A stretch of 64,000 nt of DNA, taken from positions 8,187 to 72,186 of the forward strand of contig JAFSIZ010000007.1 in the NCBI GenBank assembly GCA_017439555.1. The letters are read 5' to 3'. The notes under the pieces were generated by a model. It saw only the letters and a list, made by a program, of their open reading frames with translations, made no database searches and had not been told where the DNA came from. Shown piece by piece: positions 10,804-19,085 of this stretch. Within the stretch, counting starts at the first letter, position 1. Every line of letters starts with the position of its first letter. Source of the DNA: Oscillospiraceae bacterium. Its GTDB lineage: Bacteria; Bacillota; Clostridia; Oscillospirales; JAAYXM01. Made by a program: the position numbers and the translations under genes.

Positions 10804-10840
10804 AAAAGAGCACTTCATAGTGAAGTGCTCTTTTGTGTTT
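10804..10840. terminator. Bidirectional intrinsic terminator between convergent genes
   Basis: aaaagagcacttca / tgaagtgctctttt stem followed by a T-run. Confidence 0.75.
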
Positions 10841-10842
10841 TA

Positions 10843-12069
10843 TTAAAGCTTATATATTCCCTCGCCGGGTATTACGTTGCGAGTATCGAAAACAATTTTG
10901 CCCTTCAAGCGGTCTACGTTTTCCTTGATATGTGTATGAGCCGTCATTATAACGACGATATCAACCTCATTGAGGAACTCATCAAAATCGAACACCTGAC
11001 CCTCGCAAAGGCACTTTTCAATAAACGGATCATATGCGCGGATTTTTCCGCCGAGGTGGCGTCTCATACTCTCAAGCAGCTGAAGTGACGGGCTTTCACG
11101 CACATCATCAACATCCTCTTTATAGGTGAGACCATAGAGACCGACACGCGAAACATCGCTTATTCCGTTCTCATCCATAATCTCACGGATGCGCTCGAGC
11201 ACAAACTCAGGCATAGAATCGTTTATCTTGCGCGCGGCAAGGATGATGTTTGCAAGGCCCGGATAGTCGCCGACAAGGAACCACGGGTCAACAGAAATGC
11301 AATGACCTCCGACACCCGGTCCGGGCTGGAGAATATTTACGCGCGGATGCTTGTTTGCAATGCGTATGATCTCATAGACATCCATATTGTCGCTTCTGCA
11401 GATTTTTGCAAGCTCGTTTGCAAAGGCGATGTTGATATCACGGAAGGTATTCTCAACAACCTTCGACATTTCGGCAGTGCGGATATCTGTAACGACGATT
11501 TCACCCTTACAGAAGGATGCATAAAGCGCTTTTATCTTCTCACCGATTGCCCTGTCATCTGCGCCGATTGTTCTTGAATTATACTCAAGCTCATATACCA
11601 TATTGCCCGGAATAATGCGCTCCGGAGCGTGAACAAGGTTTATATCCTCACCGATGACAAAGCCGTTTTCCTCTATCACAGGGCGGACAAAGCGGTCTAT
11701 CGTGCCGGGTGAAACTGTCGATTCGACAACGACGGTTGCACCCTTCGGGCAGACGTCCATAACGCTTTCTACCGCGCTGATAACATATTTCGGGTCAATC
11801 TTTTTGCTCGCCTTATCATATGGCGTGGGAACAGAGACTATATACACATCGGTTGCGATATATTCCGTCGTGAACTTGATTCCGCAGGAGAGTGCGTTTG
11901 CGAAAAGCTCGTCAAGCCCGTCCTCTTCAAAGGTTGTCTTCCCTGCATTAAGCGTTGCGACAAGCTCTGCATTATAGTCAGTACCGACAACCTCAACACC
12001 ATGAGATGCAAACATAAGCGCTGTAGGGAGACCTATATAACCGAGACCAACAACATTTATCTTTGGCAT
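10843..12069 (-). CDS. wecC: Nucleotide-sugar dehydrogenase, UDP-N-acetyl-D-mannosamine dehydrogenase type
   Basis: N-terminal Rossmann INVVGLGYIGLPTA and catalytic-Cys region GPGVGGHCISVDPWF. 408 aa. Confidence 0.7.
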   Translation of the reverse strand: MPKINVVGLGYIGLPTALMFASHGVEVVGTDYNAELVATLNAGKTTFEEDGLDELFANALSCGIKFTTEYIATDVYIVSVPTPYDKASKKIDPKYVISAVESVMDVCPKGATVVVESTVSPGTIDRFVRPVIEENGFVIGEDINLVHAPERIIPGNMVYELEYNSRTIGADDRAIGEKIKALYASFCKGEIVVTDIRTAEMSKVVENTFRDINIAFANELAKICRSDNMDVYEIIRIANKHPRVNILQPGPGVGGHCISVDPWFLVGDYPGLANIILAARKINDSMPEFVLERIREIMDENGISDVSRVGLYGLTYKEDVDDVRESPSLQLLESMRRHLGGKIRAYDPFIEKCLCEGQVFDFDEFLNEVDIVVIMTAHTHIKENVDRLKGKIVFDTRNVIPGEGIYKL

Positions 12070-12087
12070 AAATTCGTCCTCTTTTTC

Positions 12088-13362
12088 TTAGTCTTTATAT
12101 ACTATCTGCTCTCTGTCAGGACCAACACCGACTATCGATACCTTGCAGCCACAGGCATTCTCGACAGCGTCGATATATTTCTTGATGCTTTCCGGGAATT
12201 CATCATAGCTCTTGACACCGGATATATCCTCATCAAAACCATCGAACTCTTCATAAACCGGAGTGCACTTTGCGAGCTCATCGAGATCTGCAGGGAAATC
12301 ATTTATAATCTTTCCGTCTTTCTCATATGCTGTGCAAAGCTTGATTTTCGGAAGACCGCGAAGCGGGTCGATCTTGTTGATGACGATGGATGTAAGGCCG
12401 TTCACGCGGACCGCATAGCGAGCCATAACAGCATCGAACCAGCCTGTTCTTCTTGCTCGGCCTGTTGTAACGCCGAATTCAGCACCAGCCTGACGGATAT
12501 ATTCGCCGACCTCGTCGTCAAGCTCTGTCGGGAACGGACCCTGACCGACACGTGTTGTATAACCCTTGAATATGCCGACGACCTCGTCAATAAGAGTCGG
12601 CCCGACACCTGCGCCTACACAGACACCGCCTGCAACCGGATGCGAGGAGGTTACGAACGGGTATGTGCCCATATCGATATCGAGAAGCGTGCCCTGAGCA
12701 CCTTCAAAGAGAACCTTCTTGCCTGCCTTGAGCGCATCAAAAACCATAACGCTTGTGTCGCGTACCATCGGAGCAAGGCGCTGTGCATAGCCCCAATATT
12801 CCTCTGCTATTGCGTCAAGATCAAGAGCCTTGCCGCCATAATAATTTACAAAAAGCTTATTTTTCATCTCGCCGACACGCTTTACCGCAGCAAAGAACTT
12901 ATCCTTTGAAATGAAATCGTGCATACGGATGCCGATGCGCTGTGCCTTGTCCATATAGCACGGGCCGATGCCCTTCTTTGTTGTTCCGATATTGCCTGCA
13001 CCACGTGACTCCTCCTCGAGGCCGTCCTGCTCGATATGCCACGGCATTATAACGTGTGTGCGCTCATCGATAAAGAGATTGTCAAGCGGAGCACCCTTTG
13101 ATGCAAGCTCGTCCATCTCTGCAAGAATGACCTTCGGATCAAGCACAACGCCCGAGCCGATGACATTCATTGTTCCTGAATATAAAATGCCCGACGGGAT
13201 GAGATGAAGCTTATATACGTTATCACCGACGATAACTGTGTGACCTGCGTTGTTTCCGCCCTGAGAACGGACAACGAGATCTGCCTCTGATGCAAAAATA
13301 TCTATAAATTTACCTTTTCCCTCATCGCCCCACTGAGCACCGAGGATGACTTTTCCTGACAT
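12088..13362 (-). CDS. purA: Adenylosuccinate synthase
   Basis: GAQWGDEGKGK P-loop and GNNAGHT. 424 aa. Confidence 0.95.
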   Translation of the reverse strand: MSGKVILGAQWGDEGKGKFIDIFASEADLVVRSQGGNNAGHTVIVGDNVYKLHLIPSGILYSGTMNVIGSGVVLDPKVILAEMDELASKGAPLDNLFIDERTHVIMPWHIEQDGLEEESRGAGNIGTTKKGIGPCYMDKAQRIGIRMHDFISKDKFFAAVKRVGEMKNKLFVNYYGGKALDLDAIAEEYWGYAQRLAPMVRDTSVMVFDALKAGKKVLFEGAQGTLLDIDMGTYPFVTSSHPVAGGVCVGAGVGPTLIDEVVGIFKGYTTRVGQGPFPTELDDEVGEYIRQAGAEFGVTTGRARRTGWFDAVMARYAVRVNGLTSIVINKIDPLRGLPKIKLCTAYEKDGKIINDFPADLDELAKCTPVYEEFDGFDEDISGVKSYDEFPESIKKYIDAVENACGCKVSIVGVGPDREQIVYKD

Positions 13363-13515
13363 GTAAAAGACCTCCCTAATTTATTTCCACCCTGTATTGT
13401 AACACAATTATTCTATGTTTGCAATCTTTTTATCCTTTTATATTTATAAAAGACTGGATTTATTCGCAGAAATATTCTATAATATATAAAACAACTTTAA
13501 TCGGAGAGATTTTCT

Positions 13516-14628
13516 ATGATATATTTTGACAATGCCGCAACAACACGTGTCATCCCCGAGGCAGCTGAGGCTGCGGCTTCCGCAATGTGTGAAGGCTTTG
13601 GAAATCCGTCCTCGCTCCACAAGCTCGGCTTTGATGCGGAAAAACTCGTAAAGAGTGCAAAGGCAATCATTGCCGGTGTTCTCTCTTGCGATGCAAAAGA
13701 AATAACCTTTACCTCGTGCGGAAGCGAAAGCAACAACCTCGCAATTTTCGGCGCCGCGGCGCGTTCCGGCAGAAAAAAGCATATGATAACAACGGAGTTT
13801 GAACACCCCTCTGTCCTCAATGCAGCCAAGAAGCTTGAAGCGCAAGGCTTTGAGGTGACTTATATCGCGCCGCGTGATGACGGTTCTGTCCACGCTGAGG
13901 ACGTTGCTGCAGCCGTCCGCGAGGACACCTTTCTCGTGTCCGTTATGAGCGTCAACAATGAGATCGGCTCTGTTATGGACATTCCGGCAATATCGCGTGC
14001 CGTCAGGCTGAAAAACCGAGAAACGCTCATCCACACAGATGCTGTTCAGGCGTTTCTCAAAATTCCGATAAACACAAAAAAATACGGCGCGGATATAATA
14101 TCGGTAAGCGGACATAAGATCCATGCACCAAAGGGCATCGGCGCAATATATATAAGAAACGGAGTAAGGCTCACCCCCCAGATAGTCGGCGGAGGTCAGG
14201 AATCGGGGCTTCGCTCCGGCACGGAAGCAACCTCTCAGATTGCTGCATTTGCAAAGGCTGTCGAAAGCGTTTCGGTCTCTTACCTTGAGAACGCGGAAAA
14301 TATGCGCAGGCTTCTCAAAAAGCTCAGCAGCGGCCTTTCGGAGCTTTCAGGAGTTCACGTTTTCTCCCCCGAAGCCGGAGCTCCGCATATTCTCACTGCG
14401 GCATTCACAAAATATCCGAGTGAGGTTGTGATGAGGATTCTTGAGGAAAGCGAAATATATGTCTCCGCAGGCTCTGCCTGCAGTCGCGGAAAAAAGAGCC
14501 ATGTTCTGCGCTCAATAAAGGTTCCCGACAAGCTTATAGGCAGTTCTGTGCGCATAAGCCTTTCCCATTTCTCAACCGATGATGAGGTAGACACATTTCT
14601 TTCCTGTGTGAAGGAAAAACTTATATAA
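13516..14628 (+). CDS. Cysteine desulfurase (class V aminotransferase, NifS/IscS-like)
   Basis: PLP-lysine context SVSGHKIHAPKGIG and active-site loop SAGSACS. 370 aa. Confidence 0.85.
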   Translation: MIYFDNAATTRVIPEAAEAAASAMCEGFGNPSSLHKLGFDAEKLVKSAKAIIAGVLSCDAKEITFTSCGSESNNLAIFGAAARSGRKKHMITTEFEHPSVLNAAKKLEAQGFEVTYIAPRDDGSVHAEDVAAAVREDTFLVSVMSVNNEIGSVMDIPAISRAVRLKNRETLIHTDAVQAFLKIPINTKKYGADIISVSGHKIHAPKGIGAIYIRNGVRLTPQIVGGGQESGLRSGTEATSQIAAFAKAVESVSVSYLENAENMRRLLKKLSSGLSELSGVHVFSPEAGAPHILTAAFTKYPSEVVMRILEESEIYVSAGSACSRGKKSHVLRSIKVPDKLIGSSVRISLSHFSTDDEVDTFLSCVKEKLI

Positions 14629-14710
14629 ATTTCAAATTTACCTATTGCAAAAAGCTCTCAATAATGCTATCATACGAATATACCATCAAACACAGATAGG
14701 AGGAACAAAT

Positions 14711-14938
14711 ATGGTAATTGACACATTGAAAAATATCCTTGAGGATCAGCTTGATATTGATCCTGCAACAATCTCTGAGGACACAAACATTATGGATGAC
14801 CTCGGCGCAGACTCACTCGACATCGTTGAGCTTATGATGTCTGTCGAGGAAGAATTTGACATCACGATAGAAGACTCTGACGCTCAGCTCTTCAAAACAG
14901 TTGGCGACGTTGTAAATTATATCGAATCAAAAATGTAA
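14711..14938 (+). CDS. acpP: Acyl carrier protein (stand-alone)
   Basis: LGADSLDIVELMMSVEEEF phosphopantetheine-attachment motif. ATG 14711 follows AGGAGG. The track's upstream extension was rejected. Confidence 0.85.
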   Translation: MVIDTLKNILEDQLDIDPATISEDTNIMDDLGADSLDIVELMMSVEEEFDITIEDSDAQLFKTVGDVVNYIESKM

Positions 14939-14943
14939 AATTT

Positions 14944-14980
14944 AAAGACCGCAGAGAAAGCTCTCTGCGGTCTTGTTTTT
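14944..14980. terminator. Bidirectional intrinsic terminator
   Basis: aaagaccgcagag / ctctgcggtctt stem plus a tttttt-type run, between convergent acpP and the HMA gene. Confidence 0.8.
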
Positions 14981-14983
14981 CAA

Positions 14984-15229
14984 TCAGAATATCAAAAACT
15001 TTTTCTTATAGGGTTCGCTCTTTATATCCGAAACAATATATCCCGTTTCCTTGACTGCCTCGAGGATTTCATTTTCGGATATTTCCTGCTCAGAGATAAT
15101 TTCCGTCATCTTTTTCTCATGAGAGGATACCACTTTTTTCACCTTGAACGCCGCCTTGATTGCATCGTTCATATGCGCTTCACAATGTGCGCACATCATT
15201 CCTTCAACGTGCATAGTTATCTTTACCAT
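14984..15229 (-). CDS. Heavy-metal-associated (HMA) domain protein, CopZ-like
   Basis: GMMCAHCEAH (MxCxxC) near the N-terminus. GGAGGTG RBS. Confidence 0.8.
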   Translation of the reverse strand: MVKITMHVEGMMCAHCEAHMNDAIKAAFKVKKVVSSHEKKMTEIISEQEISENEILEAVKETGYIVSDIKSEPYKKKFLIF

Positions 15230-15311
15230 TGTTCATACACCTCCATATTTATTATATATCAAAATTCTTACAGACGCAAGAGCTCAGGCACCCTTGCGTC
15301 TGTCTTTATAA

Positions 15312-15482
15312 TTATTCTTTGTTTTCTCCGCAGCCACATCCACAGCTGCCGCAAGAGCCGCTGCACGAGCCGCCGTCAGGGCAGCCGATACACTTTTTGC
15401 CGCTTTTTTTCGCCTTTATCACATACCGGGCCGCAGCCCCGAGTATGACGAAAAGAACAGCAACGATTATAATGTCTGTCAT
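15312..15482 (-). CDS. FeoB-associated Cys-rich small membrane protein
   Basis: Not in the ORF track (56 aa). My translation is MTDIIIVAVLFVILGAAARYVIKAKKSGKKCIGCPDGGSCSGSCGSCGCGCGENKE: one TM helix plus a Cys/Gly tail. It lies 14 nt downstream of the feoB stop. Confidence 0.75.
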   Translation of the reverse strand: MTDIIIVAVLFVILGAAARYVIKAKKSGKKCIGCPDGGSCSGSCGSCGCGCGENKE

Positions 15483-15496
15483 AGAGAATCAACTCC

Positions 15497-17455
15497 TTAT
15501 TTGCTGAGAGAATATTCTGCCTTTATGCTTCTGTTCGCTTTATTGATAAGATAAGCAATTATCGCCACAAACACTGCCACAGCAACAAGACCCGGGATGA
15601 AGCCTGCGCCAAAGGTTCCTGCTGTAATAAGCGTTCCGATCTGATATACAAGATATCCGACTGTGAAGCCGACGCCGAGTTGAAGAGCAATTCCGCCCCA
15701 GAGCCATTTCGCGCTCTTCATCTCTGCATTCATAGCGCCAATTGCCGCAAAGCAAGGCGGTGTGTAGAGATTGAACATAAGATATGCAAGAGCCGCAACT
15801 GCCGTAAGCTCGGGAGTTGCTTCCGGAAGCTCATTCGCAACATCGGTTATCGCATAGCAGACGGCAATCGTTGCCACAACATTTTCTTTCGCAATAAATC
15901 CGCTTACTGCGGCGGCAGCAAGCTGCCATGCATGATATCCGATAACCGGAACAAGAATATATGCAAACGGACGAGCAATTGAAGCAAGAATTGAAACATC
16001 CGCACTTTCCGCAACCGCTAAGTTCCAACCAAAGGTCTGCATGATTTGGACAGCAGTATTACAGAGAAGAATGATTGTTCCCGCTTTTACTATGTATGCC
16101 CAGCCGCGGCTGCACATTGACTTGAATGCACCCCAAAAGCTCGGAAGCTTATATTCGGGAATCTCGATGATGAAGAATGACTTTCTCGCTCTGTATCCCG
16201 TAATACTGTTAACTAAAAGGGCACATATAAAGATGAGAAAGATTCCTGTCAGATACATAACCGTGCTTACCCAACCGGCGTTGTCAAAGAAAGCACCTGC
16301 AAAGAGAGAAATTACCGGAATCTTTGCGCCGCAAGGCATAAACGGAGCAAGCATCGCTGTTGCGCGTCTCTCGCGCTCGTTGCGAATCGTGCGGCTTGCC
16401 ATAACGCCCGGAACCGCGCAACCGATTGTTATTACAAACGGGATGACGGACCTTCCGGAAAGACCGACTTTCTTGAAAATCGGATCAAGGACGACTGCAA
16501 CACGTGACATATATCCGCAGTCCTCAAGAAGAGCGATGAGGAAATACATAACCATAACGAGCGGAAGGAAGCCTATAACAGCTATGACACCGCCGATAAC
16601 GCCATCTACAAGAAGCGCATAAAGAAGCGGATTTGCATCTGCAAGAAGCTCGCCTACCCAGCCCTGGAAGGTTTCAAGCCAGCCGACGAGAAGATCTGCT
16701 ATCGGAGTTCCTACCCATACCTGTGAAATCTGGAACACAAGAAACATAACAACCGCAAAAATCGGAATACCGAGCCACTTATTTGTGAGGACAGCATCGA
16801 TCTTATCCTGAAAATTCTTTTTATTTGTGAGGACCTTGCGTGTTTCAACCTCTGCAACAATCTTGTTTACGAATTCAAAACGCGCTCTGTCTGCCTGCTC
16901 TACAGCAACTTTGTCAGTGAGGTCAATATCACCCTGTGTATAGGGAGCGCTCTGAGCCTTTCCGACCTGCGCCACAGCTGTTTTAATGACCTCTTTCAAC
17001 CCGGTTGCAGAAGTAGAAACTGTTTCTACAACAGGGCATCCGAGCTTTGCAGCAAGAGCGGCAACATCTATTTTTGTGTCCTTCTTCTTGTTTACGTCTG
17101 TCTTATTGAGAGCAACAACAACAGGAATTCCGAGTTCGAGAAGCTGAGTTGTGAAGAAGAGACTTCTACTCAGATTTGTGCCGTCAACAATGTTGACAAT
17201 GACATCGGGGCTTTCCCCCTTGACATATGCGCTTGTGATGCTCTCCTCCGATGTGAACGGAGACATTGAATACGCACCCGGAAGGTCAACAGCGATAAGC
17301 TCTTCAGATCCGCTGTAAAAGCTTCTTCTGATTGCGTGTTCCTTTCTTTCAACGGTAACACCCGCCCAGTTGCCGACCTTTTCGTTGCGTCCCGTCAGCG
17401 CATTATACATTGTGGTCTTGCCGCTGTTGGGATTTCCGGTCAAAGCAATTCTCAT
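15497..17455 (-). CDS. feoB: Ferrous iron transporter FeoB
   Basis: N-terminal G-domain (IALTGNPNSGKTT, DLPGAYS, NKTD) plus a large polytopic permease. 652 aa. Confidence 0.95.
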   Translation of the reverse strand: MRIALTGNPNSGKTTMYNALTGRNEKVGNWAGVTVERKEHAIRRSFYSGSEELIAVDLPGAYSMSPFTSEESITSAYVKGESPDVIVNIVDGTNLSRSLFFTTQLLELGIPVVVALNKTDVNKKKDTKIDVAALAAKLGCPVVETVSTSATGLKEVIKTAVAQVGKAQSAPYTQGDIDLTDKVAVEQADRARFEFVNKIVAEVETRKVLTNKKNFQDKIDAVLTNKWLGIPIFAVVMFLVFQISQVWVGTPIADLLVGWLETFQGWVGELLADANPLLYALLVDGVIGGVIAVIGFLPLVMVMYFLIALLEDCGYMSRVAVVLDPIFKKVGLSGRSVIPFVITIGCAVPGVMASRTIRNERERRATAMLAPFMPCGAKIPVISLFAGAFFDNAGWVSTVMYLTGIFLIFICALLVNSITGYRARKSFFIIEIPEYKLPSFWGAFKSMCSRGWAYIVKAGTIILLCNTAVQIMQTFGWNLAVAESADVSILASIARPFAYILVPVIGYHAWQLAAAAVSGFIAKENVVATIAVCYAITDVANELPEATPELTAVAALAYLMFNLYTPPCFAAIGAMNAEMKSAKWLWGGIALQLGVGFTVGYLVYQIGTLITAGTFGAGFIPGLVAVAVFVAIIAYLINKANRSIKAEYSLSK

Positions 17456-17576
17456 TTCAAATTCCTCCTTGATTATATTCTTTTATGAACAAGGCTTGTA
17501 AGCAAGCCTCAGTTACCCTCTGCTAACTGCGCCTCAGAAAGAAAAGCCGGCACTCAACCGGCCCTTTTAAACCGTT

Positions 17577-17792
17577 TTATTCTATTATTATTGCCTCTGC
17601 AAGCTGGTTGTCGATATTATACCTGCTGTCTTTTATAGCGACAACACATCCGCCCTTGAGATGAGATATAACGGTTATCGGCTCTCCGCTGTAGCAGCCG
17701 AGCGAAAAGAGGAACGCATCAAGCTCTTCATCGTCTGTCTCTATCTGAGCAATGATATATTCTTTTCCTTCCTGTGCAGCCGTAAGATTCAT
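17577..17792 (-). CDS. feoA: FeoA family protein
   Basis: 71-aa SH3-like FeoA pattern upstream of feoB. AGGTGG RBS. Confidence 0.85.
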   Translation of the reverse strand: MNLTAAQEGKEYIIAQIETDDEELDAFLFSLGCYSGEPITVISHLKGGCVVAIKDSRYNIDNQLAEAIIIE

Positions 17793-17849
17793 TTTATACC
17801 ACCTGAAATATCTTTATATTTTATCCGCCTGCAATAGCGCGATAAATAA

Positions 17850-17865
17850 GTTAGCTCTTGCTAAC
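17850..17865 (-). promoter_or_regulatory. Palindrome GTTAGC-N4-GCTAAC just downstream of the feoA -10 (candidate operator)
   Basis: The plus strand reads gttagctcttgctaac. It lies between the predicted -10 and the feoA RBS. Confidence 0.35.
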
Positions 17866-17872
17866 CGTATAT

Positions 17873-17901
17873 ATAATACACACATCGGAAGAATTTGTCA
17901 A
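17873..17901 (-). promoter_or_regulatory. Sigma-A-type promoter for feoA-feoB
   Basis: Minus strand TTGACA (17901-17896), 17-nt spacer, TATTAT (17878-17873). Confidence 0.6.
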
Positions 17902-17958
17902 GAGTTTTTTCAGAAAAAATTTCCGATTGCGCAAATAAAAGCGCAACCGGAAATTTTC

Positions 17959-18678
17959 TCACCGAAGCTTTTTACAATATTGTGTGCAGAGCTTATCTGT
18001 GCATTCAGAACAACGAAGCGCCATATTCGTTGTTTCCCAGAAGCGCTCCGGATACATCATGACACACAGCTCCCATATCAGCCACACAACAAACGCCATA
18101 AGCAGCACAGTCAGTGTGAAAAAGCCGCGTATGAATATAAACGGCGCAAACATCATCAGATGGTCCCAGTTGAATATGCGGCAGGTCGTACAGCATCTGT
18201 TTTTCATTATTAGGCGGAACGGGCACCATATCAGAACGCATATGAGATCCGCGACATAAAAGAACGTACAGATGATAAAGACTGTCGCGCTGTCAATCAC
18301 CCCAAACCACAGGAGAGCACCGATTACCACCGTCACAGCCGACCATATGATAAATACTTTGTATGCCGATTTAGTCGTTTTCACGACGTGATTTTTCAGA
18401 TTCTGATAATTGAATTTTTCTGCAATCGGGCGGAACCGCGCAAGGAACTGCTTTTGAGAACCGATTGAGATGTGTGCCTTCACCGGAATGAGCTGGACTA
18501 TCATATCAATAATCCAGATTCCCCACAATATATGAAGCGGAGAAAAGAATCTGAAAAAGTTCATTTCCTCCAGCACAGCAAACTGTTTCGGACAGAACAA
18601 ATAAAGCAGTATGCACAGCACAAACACCGCTATTCTGCCCACAAGCCGCAGAAAATAGATTTTTCTTGTTTTCGACAT
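17959..18678 (-). CDS. Polytopic membrane protein with Cys clusters, unknown function
   Basis: 239 aa with about 5-6 hydrophobic helices. Motifs NRCCTTCRIFNWDH and C-terminal RCSECTDKLCTQYCKK. AAGGTGA RBS. Confidence 0.6.
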   Translation of the reverse strand: MSKTRKIYFLRLVGRIAVFVLCILLYLFCPKQFAVLEEMNFFRFFSPLHILWGIWIIDMIVQLIPVKAHISIGSQKQFLARFRPIAEKFNYQNLKNHVVKTTKSAYKVFIIWSAVTVVIGALLWFGVIDSATVFIICTFFYVADLICVLIWCPFRLIMKNRCCTTCRIFNWDHLMMFAPFIFIRGFFTLTVLLMAFVVWLIWELCVMMYPERFWETTNMALRCSECTDKLCTQYCKKLR

Positions 18679-18691
18679 TGACTCACCTTTT

Positions 18692-18726
18692 AAAATTCCG
18701 CAAGGCTTTTTGCCTTGCGGAATTTT
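18692..18726 (-). terminator. Intrinsic terminator after the HIT gene
   Basis: aaaattccgcaaggc / gccttgcggaatttt stem of 15 bp. Confidence 0.7.
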
Positions 18727-18728
18727 CC

Positions 18729-19070
<342 letters not shown>

Positions 19071-19085
19071 TTAAAACACCTCTTA

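Noticed and set aside
17793-17958. Fur box upstream of feoA
   Set aside because: Only a weak fragment (gataaataag) resembles GATAATGATAATCATTATC. I report the different palindrome seen there as a low-confidence candidate instead.
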